From: Bacteroidales bacterium
GTDB taxonomy: Bacteria > Bacteroidota > Bacteroidia > Bacteroidales > FEN-979
Direction of reading: 5' to 3'
Assembly: GCA_017882335.1 (NCBI GenBank)
Contig: JADGPR010000008.1
Location: 2,268-66,267, forward strand
DNA length: 64,000 nucleotides
A program made the translations under genes and the position numbers. Below are positions 47,091-57,685 of this stretch, piece after piece. Position 1 is the first letter of the stretch, and each line of letters starts with the position of its first letter. The notes beneath the pieces are model-generated. The model searched no databases, was not told the DNA's origin, and saw only the letters and a program-made list of their open reading frames with translations.

Positions 47091-48386
47091 CTAAATCACT
47101 TCTGCTACTACAAAAGTACTTCCGCCAATAAACACAAGGTCGTTCATGCCTGCACGCTGCTGTGCGGCTTTCAAAGCCTTTTTTACCGAATCAAATGCCT
47201 CGCCTGCCAATCCGTATCTTTGGGCTTCTATCCGGAGTTTATTGGCTTCCAATCCGCGCGGAATATCGGCTTTGCAAAAATAATAAGTGGCATCTTTGGG
47301 CAGCATCCGGAGGATGTTTTCTATCTCTTTGTCATTCACCAGCCCGAAAACAAAATGAAGGTTTTCATGGGGTGTATTGCCAATCTGATCCAATACTTCC
47401 CGCAACCCGGATTCATTGTGGCCGGTATCGCAGATGGTGAGCGGAACCCTGGAAAGAATTTGCCATCGTCCGGCAAAACCGGTATTTTCGATGACATGGA
47501 GAATCCCTTTCCGGATAGTTTCTATTGAAATACTATCGAAGTGAGAAACGAGCATCTCACACGCTGCACAAACCGTGACAATGTTTTTCTTCTGGTAATT
47601 TCCACCAAGGGGTGATTCAAGGTTTGCAAGATAGATGGTGCTGTTCCGGAAGATATCCACCCTCATTTTCCCGCTGCAGGCCTCCCATGCTTTGGTTGTC
47701 ACAACTGTAAATTCTGAATCTGCAAATAAAATTTCTGACCTTTCATCCCTGGCTTTTTCAACGAATACATGCCGGGTCTCTTCCTGGTCTTCGCCGATCA
47801 CAACAGGAATTCCGGGTTTTATAATGCCGGCTTTTTCTTTAGCGATCTTTTCAAGAGTATCCCCGAGAAACTGCTTGTGATCAAAACTGATGTTAGTGAT
47901 AACCGATAAGAGGGGCATGATAATATTTGTTGAATCCAATCTTCCTCCTAATCCAACTTCAATTATTGCAACATCCACATTTTCTTCCCTGAAATGATTA
48001 AAAGCCAAGCCAATAGTCATCTCGAAGAACGATGGCTGGATCTTTTCAAAGTCCTTTTTGTACTTCTCAACAAAGCAAATGACTTTTTCTTCGGGGATCA
48101 TAATTCCGTTTATCCGGATTCGTTCCCTGAAATCGATTAAATGCGGAGAGGTATACAGGCCGGTTTTTAATCCTTTTTCCTGCAGGATGGAAGCCAGCAT
48201 GTGGGAGGTTGATCCTTTCCCATTGGTTCCGGCAATATGAACAGACCTAAAGGAATTTTCGGGATTTTGCAGCAGGTTGCAGATCGCCAAAGTGTTGTTG
48301 AGGTCTGGCTTATAGGCTGCGGCTCCGATCCGCTGGTACATCGGCAGTTGGGCGTTTAGATAGTCGAGTGTTTCCTTGTAGGTCAT
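47091..48386 (-). CDS. folC: Folylpolyglutamate/dihydrofolate synthase
   Basis: HIAGTNGKGS, YTSPHL.DFRERI, EVGLGGRLDSTN, GRWQ, DTGHN. Confidence 0.95.
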   Translation of the reverse strand: MTYKETLDYLNAQLPMYQRIGAAAYKPDLNNTLAICNLLQNPENSFRSVHIAGTNGKGSTSHMLASILQEKGLKTGLYTSPHLIDFRERIRINGIMIPEEKVICFVEKYKKDFEKIQPSFFEMTIGLAFNHFREENVDVAIIEVGLGGRLDSTNIIMPLLSVITNISFDHKQFLGDTLEKIAKEKAGIIKPGIPVVIGEDQEETRHVFVEKARDERSEILFADSEFTVVTTKAWEACSGKMRVDIFRNSTIYLANLESPLGGNYQKKNIVTVCAACEMLVSHFDSISIETIRKGILHVIENTGFAGRWQILSRVPLTICDTGHNESGLREVLDQIGNTPHENLHFVFGLVNDKEIENILRMLPKDATYYFCKADIPRGLEANKLRIEAQRYGLAGEAFDSVKKALKAAQQRAGMNDLVFIGGSTFVVAEVI

Positions 48387-48516
48387 TCGTTTATTCGTGA
48401 GACTCAAATTTTTAGAAAGAAGTGATAAAAAATTTGTTAGTCGAACAATCCCGACGAATTCAGAGGGTATAATACCCCGTCCCGAGTACCCGGAACCCTG
48501 GGATTGATACCCGTGA

Positions 48517-49605
48517 TCATTCTGGAAATGCCCGGTAAATTGCTCCTCCTACATTGTTGTGACTGGCGCCGGTACAGGATTTCAGACAGTTGATCTCTGC
48601 TCTCCAACGGAGTACCCCGAGAAAAGCAAAAATCAGGGCTTCCTTAAAATTTATGGTAAGGGGATCAGGCAGGACGAGTGTCAGTTGGGTTTTTTCCCGG
48701 ATCCTTTCTGCAAGGAAACCATTGAATGCTCCACCACCGGTGATTAGCAGGGTAGAGGTATCAGGGTTCCCGACGGCCCTGGCTACCTGGTCCGCGATGT
48801 GTTCCACGAAGGTCCTGAGTTTATCTTCAACAGGAATATCAAAATGTTGCAGAACCGGGTGAACTTCCGAAACGACCCACTCTTTCCCCAGTGATTTTGG
48901 TGGCTTGCGATGATAAAATCCCAGTTTGTTTAGTGCTTCAAGTAAAGGTTGATGGAGAATCCCCTGCCGGGCCAACTTACCGTTTTCGTCAAAATCTTTA
49001 TGAAGAAAGGATGCGAGATAATTCAGGACGATGTTAGCCGGGCAAATATCAAATGCGATACGATTCCCGAATTCCCCATAAGAGATATTCGCAAACCCAC
49101 CCAGGTTAAGGCAATAGGTATAGTTATCAAACAGAAATTGATCCCCGATAGGGACCAGCGGAGCGCCCTGACCTCCCAGCGCAACATCCGTTGACCGGAA
49201 GTCACATACAACGGGAACCCCGGTTTCAGCAGCGATGGCAGATCCTTTCCCGATCTGGGATGTGAATTTGCTGCCCGGCTGATGGAAGATCGTATGTCCG
49301 TGAGAAGCAATAAAATCGGGCTTCAGGTTGTGATTCAAATGAAACGCCCTCGTAATTTTTCCCAGGTAATGGCCATATTCCGAATCCGTCTTCACAAACT
49401 CGAGCGCACTCCGGTTTTCAAGATTCGAAAGACGGGTTTTCCATTCACCGGAATAGGGGATAGTTTCTGCGTTTTCAAGGGTATAACTCCATTTTTCCTC
49501 CTTTATATTAAAAGTGCAGAATGCAATATCAACGCCATCCAGGGAGGTTCCCGACATTAATCCTGTCACCTTATAGGAGTCTTTATTTTTTTCTTTTGAA
49601 TCCAC
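48517..49605 (-). CDS. anmK: Anhydro-N-acetylmuramic acid kinase
   Basis: GLMSGTSLDGVD, SHGHT, DFR..DVALGGQGAPLVP, NLGGFAN, GGGAFN, EALIFA, TGA. Confidence 0.95.
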   Translation of the reverse strand: MDSKEKNKDSYKVTGLMSGTSLDGVDIAFCTFNIKEEKWSYTLENAETIPYSGEWKTRLSNLENRSALEFVKTDSEYGHYLGKITRAFHLNHNLKPDFIASHGHTIFHQPGSKFTSQIGKGSAIAAETGVPVVCDFRSTDVALGGQGAPLVPIGDQFLFDNYTYCLNLGGFANISYGEFGNRIAFDICPANIVLNYLASFLHKDFDENGKLARQGILHQPLLEALNKLGFYHRKPPKSLGKEWVVSEVHPVLQHFDIPVEDKLRTFVEHIADQVARAVGNPDTSTLLITGGGAFNGFLAERIREKTQLTLVLPDPLTINFKEALIFAFLGVLRWRAEINCLKSCTGASHNNVGGAIYRAFPE

Positions 49606-49636
49606 AGGTTTTCAAAAAATAATATTGATAAAAATT

Positions 49637-50926
49637 TTAAAGCAGATCGACCAGCTTCTCAAGTTGAATTCCTCGCGACCCTTTTAGAAGAATTACAGCA
49701 TCGTTTATCCGGTGATGGTCCAGCCACATTCTGGCTAGTTCGCTGTCCTGGAAGCATAACCATTCTCTTTTTGTATTCAGCCTGGTAAATACCGGCCCTA
49801 CCAGGAAGACCTCTGTAAACCCGAGTTTTTCGATCAGTTCCAGGATATTTTGGTGTTCATTGTCGCATTCACTTCCCAGTTCAAGCATATCACCCAGGAC
49901 AAGCACCTTCCTGACATGTGTGGATCCGGCAAAATCCTGCAGTGCCGGTTCCATGCTGCTGGGATTGGCATTGTACATATCGAGGATCAGGAGGTTGGAT
50001 CGGGTTTTAAGAACCTGTGAACGGTTGTTCTGCGGCTGGTATGATTCAATAGCCTCTTTAATTTTTTCGGGTTCTATACCGAAAAAATGCCCGATACAGG
50101 CAGCTGCAAGAATATTCTCTGCATTGTACCTTCCAAAAAGTTTTGTCGAAAGTGTGATTTCCTGCTCGTCAATTTTTATTTCCATCTTCAAATAAGGATC
50201 CTCCGGATGGTTTTGCTCATCTATACCGGTAGTTTTTCCGGTTTCGTAATGAATGACTTTCATCCCATTCGAATATTTAACAAGCAAAGGATTGTCATTA
50301 TTTACAAAAACAATTCCATGGTGGGATTTCAGATAACGGTAGAGTTCTGTCTTTGTCCTTACCACGCCTTCAAATCCTCCAAATCCTTCAAGATGTGCTT
50401 TCCCGATGTTGGTGATAATACCGTGTGTGGGTTCTGCGATCCTGGTGAGAAGATCAATCTCCCCGGGATGGTTGGCTCCCATTTCCACGATGGCAATTTC
50501 CGTGTCGGGCTTGAGTTTTAACAGCGTCAATGGTACCCCGATATGGTTATTCAGGTTCCCTGTTGTTGCCAGCGTTTGGTATTTTTTTGAAAGAACAGCA
50601 TGAATGAGTTCCTTGGTGGTGGTTTTTCCATTCGTGCCGGTTATGGCAAGAACAGGAATCCGGAACTGTTTCCGGTGGTGATTTGCAAGTTGCTGCAATG
50701 AGGCAAGGACATTCTCCACCAGGATACAGCGGTTATCAAGGCGGTAACGTGTGTCATCAATGATGGCAAGGGAAGCTCCCTTATCAAGGGCATATCCGGC
50801 AAATTCATTCCCGTCAAAATGATCCCCTTTCAGGCCGAAAAAAAGAGCATCTTTCGGTATATGCCTGCTGTCGGTGGATATTTCAGGGTTCTGAAGGAAC
50901 AGGCTGTATAAATTTTCAACCGTCAT
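49637..50926 (-). CDS. murF: UDP-MurNAc-tripeptide--D-Ala-D-Ala ligase
   Basis: TDSR, ITGTNGKTTTKE, NLNNHIGVP, EMGANH, YNANPSSM, LGDMLELG, KGSRG. Confidence 0.95.
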   Translation of the reverse strand: MTVENLYSLFLQNPEISTDSRHIPKDALFFGLKGDHFDGNEFAGYALDKGASLAIIDDTRYRLDNRCILVENVLASLQQLANHHRKQFRIPVLAITGTNGKTTTKELIHAVLSKKYQTLATTGNLNNHIGVPLTLLKLKPDTEIAIVEMGANHPGEIDLLTRIAEPTHGIITNIGKAHLEGFGGFEGVVRTKTELYRYLKSHHGIVFVNNDNPLLVKYSNGMKVIHYETGKTTGIDEQNHPEDPYLKMEIKIDEQEITLSTKLFGRYNAENILAAACIGHFFGIEPEKIKEAIESYQPQNNRSQVLKTRSNLLILDMYNANPSSMEPALQDFAGSTHVRKVLVLGDMLELGSECDNEHQNILELIEKLGFTEVFLVGPVFTRLNTKREWLCFQDSELARMWLDHHRINDAVILLKGSRGIQLEKLVDLL

Positions 50927-50964
50927 CAAGATCTATAGAGCTTAAGATATTTTACAAAGTAAAT

Positions 50965-50997
50965 AAAAAACCCCGCTTCCTTTTCGAAACGGGGTTT
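50965..50997 (-). terminator. Intrinsic terminator after gldJ
   Basis: Minus strand: AAACCCCGTTTC-GAAAAG-GAAGCGGGG-TTTTTT. Confidence 0.75.
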
Positions 50998-51015
50998 AAT
51001 TAATTTCGTTTTTAT

Positions 51016-52491
51016 TTATTTCCCCGGGATAGTACTACCAACACGGGTCATTGCGCAACGGAACCCGATGCAATCGGAGGCATCATCCTGGTCGAGGAAC
51101 CTGCGGGTACTGGGGCTCAGGTAATAGGCGCCGTCTTTCCAGTTGCCGCCTTTGTAAACCCTGGCTTTGTCTGTAATAAGGGAGGTTTTTCCATATTCAT
51201 ACATCAGGTTTGTGGAGGATGTGTCCTTTGGAGGATTTTTCCAGTCGACGCCGATGTTGGATGCATAGTCTCCATCGAGATAATTGATGTTATCTGCTGC
51301 ACGGTAATTTTTACGGTTGATGGCTTCTACCGTTGTAACATCACGGTATTTCAAATGGCCGAGGCTGTCTTTCTGAGCGATAAATCCTTCCGCATCACGA
51401 ACCTCCGTTTTGAATGTATTTCCACGGAAAGGACGCAGGTCGGTATTTTCCATAGAATTCATGGGCCTGTAAACATCGAGAACCCATTCGCTGACATTAC
51501 CGGCCATGTTATAAAGCCCATAATCATTTGGGAAGTAAGAAGCAGTAGGGGCGGGGATATCGGCACCATCGTTCGGGTTGCCGGCAACGCCCATGTAGTC
51601 GCCCTTAGCTCTGCGGAAGTTATCCATGAAGGCGCCGTAATACTTGGATTCGCTGGTACGGGTATAATTTCCATTCCAGGGATAATTTTTACGTTCAACT
51701 ACTCTTTCGAAAAGCGTATTTCCGATGAGCCCGAGAGCGGCAAATTCCCATTCTGCTTCGGTCGGGAGCCTGTATTTTGGGAGGAGGAGACCGTCTTCCA
51801 TCCGTACTTTGCGGGTTCCTGTACCATTCGGGTTCAGGTCGGGCAGGGGTTTGTCAACAAGGCCTTCATATTGCCCTGCAAGGTAGGATTCAGTATTGAA
51901 ATTGTTTTCATCTTTCTGGGAAGGATCCATTGCAAGAACTCCTTTCCGGATGAGCAGGTTTTCATTGACCCTGTCTGTTCTCCAGGCGCAATAATCACTG
52001 GCCTGTACCCAACTGACGCCCACCACAGGATAATTCCGGTAGGCCGGATGCCGGAAATAATATTCAACCAGCGGTTCGTTGTAGGCCAGTTTGTCGCGCC
52101 AGACCAAAGTATCCGGTAATGCTTTCCGGTAGACACCCGGGTAGTCGGTACCGTACACATGGTTCAGCCAGTAGAGGTATTCAAGGTAATCAAGGTTCTT
52201 CACCTCGGTCTGATCCATGTAAAAACTTGAAACGGTTACTCTCCTGGGCTGGTTATCCCAATCGAACATCACGTCGTCCTGGGTTTGCCCCATCGCAAAA
52301 GTACCGCCTTCAATAAAAACTAACCCCGGTCCTGTTTGTTGTTCGGCATAAGGCCGGACTTCAAATCCACCGTTTTTGGGGTTGTTGTAATCCCAGCCGG
52401 TGGACTTTGACGTTTCTTTATGACAAGAACCGAGCAATACGAGGGCAAATGCCATCATAAGTGCGGGAAGATGTTTATTGAATTTCATCAT
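51016..52491 (-). CDS. gldJ: Gliding motility/T9SS lipoprotein GldJ (FGE-sulfatase fold)
   Basis: Lipobox LGSC, STGWDYN, YPVVGVSW, RLPTEAEWE, NMAGNVSEW, IGFRC; porU-gldJ-murF synteny favours GldJ over GldK. Confidence 0.8.
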   Translation of the reverse strand: MMKFNKHLPALMMAFALVLLGSCHKETSKSTGWDYNNPKNGGFEVRPYAEQQTGPGLVFIEGGTFAMGQTQDDVMFDWDNQPRRVTVSSFYMDQTEVKNLDYLEYLYWLNHVYGTDYPGVYRKALPDTLVWRDKLAYNEPLVEYYFRHPAYRNYPVVGVSWVQASDYCAWRTDRVNENLLIRKGVLAMDPSQKDENNFNTESYLAGQYEGLVDKPLPDLNPNGTGTRKVRMEDGLLLPKYRLPTEAEWEFAALGLIGNTLFERVVERKNYPWNGNYTRTSESKYYGAFMDNFRRAKGDYMGVAGNPNDGADIPAPTASYFPNDYGLYNMAGNVSEWVLDVYRPMNSMENTDLRPFRGNTFKTEVRDAEGFIAQKDSLGHLKYRDVTTVEAINRKNYRAADNINYLDGDYASNIGVDWKNPPKDTSSTNLMYEYGKTSLITDKARVYKGGNWKDGAYYLSPSTRRFLDQDDASDCIGFRCAMTRVGSTIPGK

Positions 52492-52512
52492 TGAGAAATT
52501 TTGTTTATATAA

Positions 52513-53502
52513 CTAAAACCTGGGGCATTTTATTGCCCGGATGTGCCTTCTTTTTTCAATACAGGGGAATTGCCAGGATGCAGAAGCTTCATAAGCCCCG
52601 CCAGTGACACCTTTCAGCCTCGAAAGCGTCACGTCGTAGCTAAACCCGAAACGAAAATTTTGATAGTGAACTCCCAAAAACGGGATCAGTGCATCGGCAT
52701 TTTCAAAATTGTGTCTGAACCATACACCGATGATCAAAGGATCGATGGTAAGGTAAGTTCCGACATTTAACTGGTGGAATTTGAATTGTTGCTGGTAAAG
52801 AATATTCGGAGAAATGCTGAATTCACGGTCATCGCCATACCCGCCTTCCTTCAGGTTGATCACTCCTCCGGCATGTATGGTGAACTTCATATCGAGCCTG
52901 CTGTTATTGGCCGAATAAAATCCGAATTTGGGTTGTGAAAGATGCGAAACCGAAACGCCTCCGTAATACTGTTCGTTATACCCAAGCATCACCCCTGCTG
53001 CAAAATCAGGGGCTCCAATGGTAGGATTGTCGGGAGCACTCTCTTTGGTAGGCTGAACGACCCCCAGCCGGGGATCGATCATGTCTTCAAATACCAGGTT
53101 ATCCCAGGATAAATGACGCTGGTAGTACCCGGCTTGCACAGCACCGGCGGCTGTGAGCTTGGCGGAGATGTTGAATTTGTAAGCATAGATAAGGCTGATT
53201 TCAGTGGTATTTAATTTTCCTCCACCGGTCCTGTCGGCAGTCACCAATAAGCCTACACCACCATGAATCGCATCCACATATTGATCATAAGCTGCATTAT
53301 ATGTGACAAAAGCGCCACCTATAGCCGGCCACTGATCCCTAAAATTGCCCATCGCCCTGGGGCATATCGTGGCCCCGGCAAGAGCTGGATTCAGATACAA
53401 CGGATTAGCATAAAACTGCGAAAATTCCGGATCCTGTGAATAGCCCATTTGCATGTATGAAATCAACGCCAAAATTGTGATTATAAATGACTTATTGGCC
53501 AT
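52513..53502 (-). CDS. PorP/SprF family T9SS membrane protein
   Basis: QDPEFSQFYANPLYLNPALAG, RDQWP, GFSYDVT, GAYE. Confidence 0.9.
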   Translation of the reverse strand: MANKSFIITILALISYMQMGYSQDPEFSQFYANPLYLNPALAGATICPRAMGNFRDQWPAIGGAFVTYNAAYDQYVDAIHGGVGLLVTADRTGGGKLNTTEISLIYAYKFNISAKLTAAGAVQAGYYQRHLSWDNLVFEDMIDPRLGVVQPTKESAPDNPTIGAPDFAAGVMLGYNEQYYGGVSVSHLSQPKFGFYSANNSRLDMKFTIHAGGVINLKEGGYGDDREFSISPNILYQQQFKFHQLNVGTYLTIDPLIIGVWFRHNFENADALIPFLGVHYQNFRFGFSYDVTLSRLKGVTGGAYEASASWQFPCIEKRRHIRAIKCPRF

Positions 53503-53742
53503 GAGTGTTTATACAGCCCTAATTAATATTAGGTTACAATATTACAAATAATTTTTAAAATAGCTTTTGGTGATGAATTTAAATTGTTAAATTAGTTGTA
53601 CACATCGACAATAATCAAAACCCGGAACCGTTTATTTATGCAATTACAAATCCCAAACAAAGCTCCAATCTGATGACAGTTTACAAATGAAGAATAAGTA
53701 TTGAGGGAGCCGGGTTATTGACAAAACCTGATATCTGTTGAC

Positions 53743-56700
53743 ATGATTACTTTCTTTTCTTTCAGAGACCGGCCATTTTTTTTCAAAATGGTAATCACCG
53801 GAATATTATTCATCAGTTCATTTTCTACAGGATATTCGCAACCTGTTCATCAACACAGGAGCCTGAAATGGTTTCCGGTAAACAAGGTGGAGATCGGCCC
53901 GGGTGATTCCATGCAGGTTCTCAGTTTCAAAGGGGCTGCCAGCCAGTTGGAGGCCCATGGTTTCCTGCCGGTTTTCCTGGAGATGTTTCCATTGAATTCT
54001 CCGGATGATCAGTTAATCAGCCTTTCCATTGAAAATCCCTTTTACCAGGAAATCAGCAAAGGTGAACTTTCCGGTGTGAAAGACCTGGATCAGATCCCAA
54101 CCTCAATAATTCCTGAAAATTCCATTGCAACGCAAAGAAACAATGCATTTCTTTCCATTTCCTTCGTTCCTATTCGCAAAAATACGGAAAAAGGAACCTT
54201 CGAAAAACTCCTTTTCTTTGACCTTGTGTATGAAATCCGTGAGAATTCCGAAGTTTCTTTGAAAAAAACCACACGGGTATATGCTGCTCATTCTGTTCTC
54301 AGTATAGGCACGTGGTTTAAAATGTCAATTCCTTTATCCGGGATTTATATCATCCAGGCTAAAGACCTGAAAAATATTGACCCTGCTTTTTCAACCATTG
54401 ATCCCAGAACCATACAAATCTTCGGCAATGACGGTGGAATGCTTCCGGAATCCAATGCAACGCCAAGGATCGATGACCTGCGGGAACTTTCTATTCAGGT
54501 TGTAGGAACAGATCCAACAAAACTGAATGATAACGATTACATTATTTTTTATGCAAAAGGGCCTGATTCCTGGAAATACAATAATACCGACCAACTCTTT
54601 CACCATCAGAAGAACCTCTATTCAAATTATTCCTATTGCTTTCTGACTTACGGACAGGCTTCCGGGAAGAGAGTGGTTGCTGAACCTTCTGTAATCGACA
54701 CGCCAAACCCTACCATCAGCCGGTTTAACGACTTTGCTTTTTACGAACCTGCCGAAATCAACCTTATCAAGTCAGGACGAGCCTGGTATTCAAAAGATCT
54801 GTTTGAACTTACCACCACACATGATTATACATTCAATTTCGCCGACCTGGATTTGAGCGTACCGGTTTCGATCATTGCAACCGTGGCAGCACACTGTACA
54901 AGTTCACCAACATCCTTTAATTTATATGCCAACGGGCAGCAACTGTCAACCGTAAATATCCCGGCCGTGGGTTCTCTATATACGGATACTTTTGCAAACG
55001 AACGACTGCTTACGCCGACCTATAGTTCTTCAAGTCCTTCCATCGACCTCAGACTGGATTACATCCGGACAAATAACGATGGAACAGGCTATATAAAAAG
55101 CCTGGAATTGAATGCCATGCGCAAATTGGTTTTCTCTGGTGGACAAATGGATTTCCGGTCTGTTGCAGGTTCAGGTCACGGCCAGGTCAGTGAATTCCGT
55201 GTTTCCGCCGGGAGCCAACCGGTGACGGTATGGGACGTCAGTGATCCGGCTGCCGTCAAGTCGATCGGGACAACCCAGAATAACAACCTTGTCGTTTTCC
55301 GTTTACATACCGACACCATCAGGGAATTCACCGCATGGGACGGTTCAGCCTTTTATTCGGTTCAGTCATTCACAAAGATTGACAACCAGGACCTTCATTT
55401 CACAGGGAACCCGGATCTGGTGATCGTGACCCATCCTGCCTTTATCAACCAGGCACTTTCCCTGGCCGGCTTTCATCAGCAACACGACCACATGAATGTG
55501 TTGGTCACTACACCGGATAAGATCTACAATGAATTTTCATCAGGCGCCCAGGACATCACGGCCATCCGTGACTTCATGAAAATGATCTATGACCGTTCGG
55601 GCAAGACGGCTCCAAGGTATCTTCTTATGTTCGGTGATGCTTCCTATGATTACAAGGACAGGTTACTGAACAACAGCAATTTCGTTCCCACATATGAATC
55701 CAGCGAATCCCTGAACCCGGTAATGTCCATTGTAACGGATGATTATTTCGGATTGATGGATGATAATGAAGGACAGGGAACCGTGGGCATGCTGGATATC
55801 GGCATAGGACGGTTTCCTGTTCAAACAGCTGACCAGGCAGATGCCGCGGTTAAAAAGGTCATACATTATTGTTCCGGTTCCGATTCGGTCAAGAATGACT
55901 GGAGAAATGTTATCTGTTTCGTGGCGGATGACTGGGATTATGGTATGCATGAAGCAAACGCAGATGCAGTTAGTATCGATGATTCCGTTTACAACGTTGA
56001 TAAGATTTACCTTGGTGCATACGACAGAATCTCAACCCCGGGTGGGTTAAGGTATCCTGAAGTCAATGAAGCCATCACCCGGAGGGTGGAAAAAGGGGCG
56101 ATGATCATGAATTATGTCGGCCATGGCGGTATTTTGGGATGGGCTCATGCGAGGGTGCTTGATATTCCTCAGATAAAATCATGGCAGAATTTCGATAATT
56201 TGCCGGTTTTCCTGACGGCTACCTGTGAATTCAGTTACTTTGACGATCCTTCGTGGACATCCGCCGGGGAGTGGGTTTTCCTGAACCCGACCGGGGGAGG
56301 TATCGCCTTACTGACAACGACCCGGCCCACTTATGCGAGTGATAATCAACAATTGGTAACCGGGTTCTATATGTATGCATTCAAAAAAACCAATGGGAAG
56401 TATCCTGCATTGGGGGACCTGATCATGGATTCAAAGAACTACAGCGGGGGGAACACAGGTGATGCCAATACGCGAAAATTTGTGCTCCTGGGAGATCCTG
56501 CATTGCAGATGGCCTATCCGCAACTTCATGTGGTTACAACTTCCATTACCACGAAAGCACAACCCTCAGGAACTGATACCATTAAAGCATTATCCATAGT
56601 GACAATTACAGGAGATGTCCAGGATGATAACGGAAACAAGGTTACCAGTTTTAACGGAACCGTATTTCCGACCGTTTATGATAAGATCTCCGAGGTCACA

Positions 56701-57600
56701 ACAATACCCCTTGAAGGAGAACCTCCCTTTCATTTTTCAGTAAGGAAAAATGTGATCTACAAAGGAAAACTGGCTGTAACCGCGGGTCAGTTTTCATTTA
56801 CATTCATCGTTCCCAAGGATATTGCATACAATTTCGGTGGCGGGAAGATCAGTTATTATGCAAGGAACGAGTCGACGGATGCAAACGGTTACGATCAGAA
56901 CTTTATCGTGGGCGGTTATAACAATGAAGCTGGTCAGGATAACGAAGGGCCGGTAATCCGGCTGTTTATGAATGATACAACTTTTGTTTCCGGAGGAATT
57001 ACGGATCAGAATCCGAGATTGATCGCTTTTTTAAGTGATTCTTCAGGAATCAACACCGTGGGAAATGGAATCGGACATGATCTGACTGCAACGGTTGACG
57101 ATGACACCAAGTCGCTGAAGATCCTCAATGATTATTATGTGGCCGATCTGAATACCTTCAAACAGGGTGTAATAGCCTATCCTTTCTTTGGATTAAGCGA
57201 TGGTTATCATACCCTGACCATAAAAGTGTGGGATGTATACAACAACTCCTCCGACGCTAATATCGAATTTCTCGTTGTGTCTTCCGCTCAGCTGGCGGTT
57301 CAGCATCTATTAAATTATCCGAACCCTTTCTTTGACAGGACGACTTTTTCCTTTGAATATAACCAGCCGAACACGGAACTGAATGTACAGATCGATATTT
57401 ATTCGCTCACCGGGCAGAAGGTGAAAACCCTTCGTCAGCCGATCTATTCAAATGGTTACCGGGCAAATACGATCGAATGGGATGGGACAGGTGATAATGG
57501 CGTCCGGATCGGTTCCGGAACTTATGTTTACAATATAAGGGTAACCATGCCGGATGGTTCAAGTACATACAAATCCTCCAAACTTGTGGTGATCCGTTAA
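53743..57600 (+). CDS. porU: T9SS sortase PorU (C25 peptidase), copy 1
   Basis: YNEFSSG..DITAIRDF, LMFGDASYDYK, IGRFP, YVGHGG (His), TATCEF (Cys), LLGDPA, GINTVGNGIGHD, NYPNPF CTD. Confidence 0.9.
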   Translation: MITFFSFRDRPFFFKMVITGILFISSFSTGYSQPVHQHRSLKWFPVNKVEIGPGDSMQVLSFKGAASQLEAHGFLPVFLEMFPLNSPDDQLISLSIENPFYQEISKGELSGVKDLDQIPTSIIPENSIATQRNNAFLSISFVPIRKNTEKGTFEKLLFFDLVYEIRENSEVSLKKTTRVYAAHSVLSIGTWFKMSIPLSGIYIIQAKDLKNIDPAFSTIDPRTIQIFGNDGGMLPESNATPRIDDLRELSIQVVGTDPTKLNDNDYIIFYAKGPDSWKYNNTDQLFHHQKNLYSNYSYCFLTYGQASGKRVVAEPSVIDTPNPTISRFNDFAFYEPAEINLIKSGRAWYSKDLFELTTTHDYTFNFADLDLSVPVSIIATVAAHCTSSPTSFNLYANGQQLSTVNIPAVGSLYTDTFANERLLTPTYSSSSPSIDLRLDYIRTNNDGTGYIKSLELNAMRKLVFSGGQMDFRSVAGSGHGQVSEFRVSAGSQPVTVWDVSDPAAVKSIGTTQNNNLVVFRLHTDTIREFTAWDGSAFYSVQSFTKIDNQDLHFTGNPDLVIVTHPAFINQALSLAGFHQQHDHMNVLVTTPDKIYNEFSSGAQDITAIRDFMKMIYDRSGKTAPRYLLMFGDASYDYKDRLLNNSNFVPTYESSESLNPVMSIVTDDYFGLMDDNEGQGTVGMLDIGIGRFPVQTADQADAAVKKVIHYCSGSDSVKNDWRNVICFVADDWDYGMHEANADAVSIDDSVYNVDKIYLGAYDRISTPGGLRYPEVNEAITRRVEKGAMIMNYVGHGGILGWAHARVLDIPQIKSWQNFDNLPVFLTATCEFSYFDDPSWTSAGEWVFLNPTGGGIALLTTTRPTYASDNQQLVTGFYMYAFKKTNGKYPALGDLIMDSKNYSGGNTGDANTRKFVLLGDPALQMAYPQLHVVTTSITTKAQPSGTDTIKALSIVTITGDVQDDNGNKVTSFNGTVFPTVYDKISEVTTIPLEGEPPFHFSVRKNVIYKGKLAVTAGQFSFTFIVPKDIAYNFGGGKISYYARNESTDANGYDQNFIVGGYNNEAGQDNEGPVIRLFMNDTTFVSGGITDQNPRLIAFLSDSSGINTVGNGIGHDLTATVDDDTKSLKILNDYYVADLNTFKQGVIAYPFFGLSDGYHTLTIKVWDVYNNSSDANIEFLVVSSAQLAVQHLLNYPNPFFDRTTFSFEYNQPNTELNVQIDIYSLTGQKVKTLRQPIYSNGYRANTIEWDGTGDNGVRIGSGTYVYNIRVTMPDGSSTYKSSKLVVIR

Positions 57601-57685
57601 GAACCTGAATGAAACAGAAATAAGCTTAATTTTGAATGTCGAACGCACCGATAATAAATCTCCGGATAAAATAAATCCTCAAACC

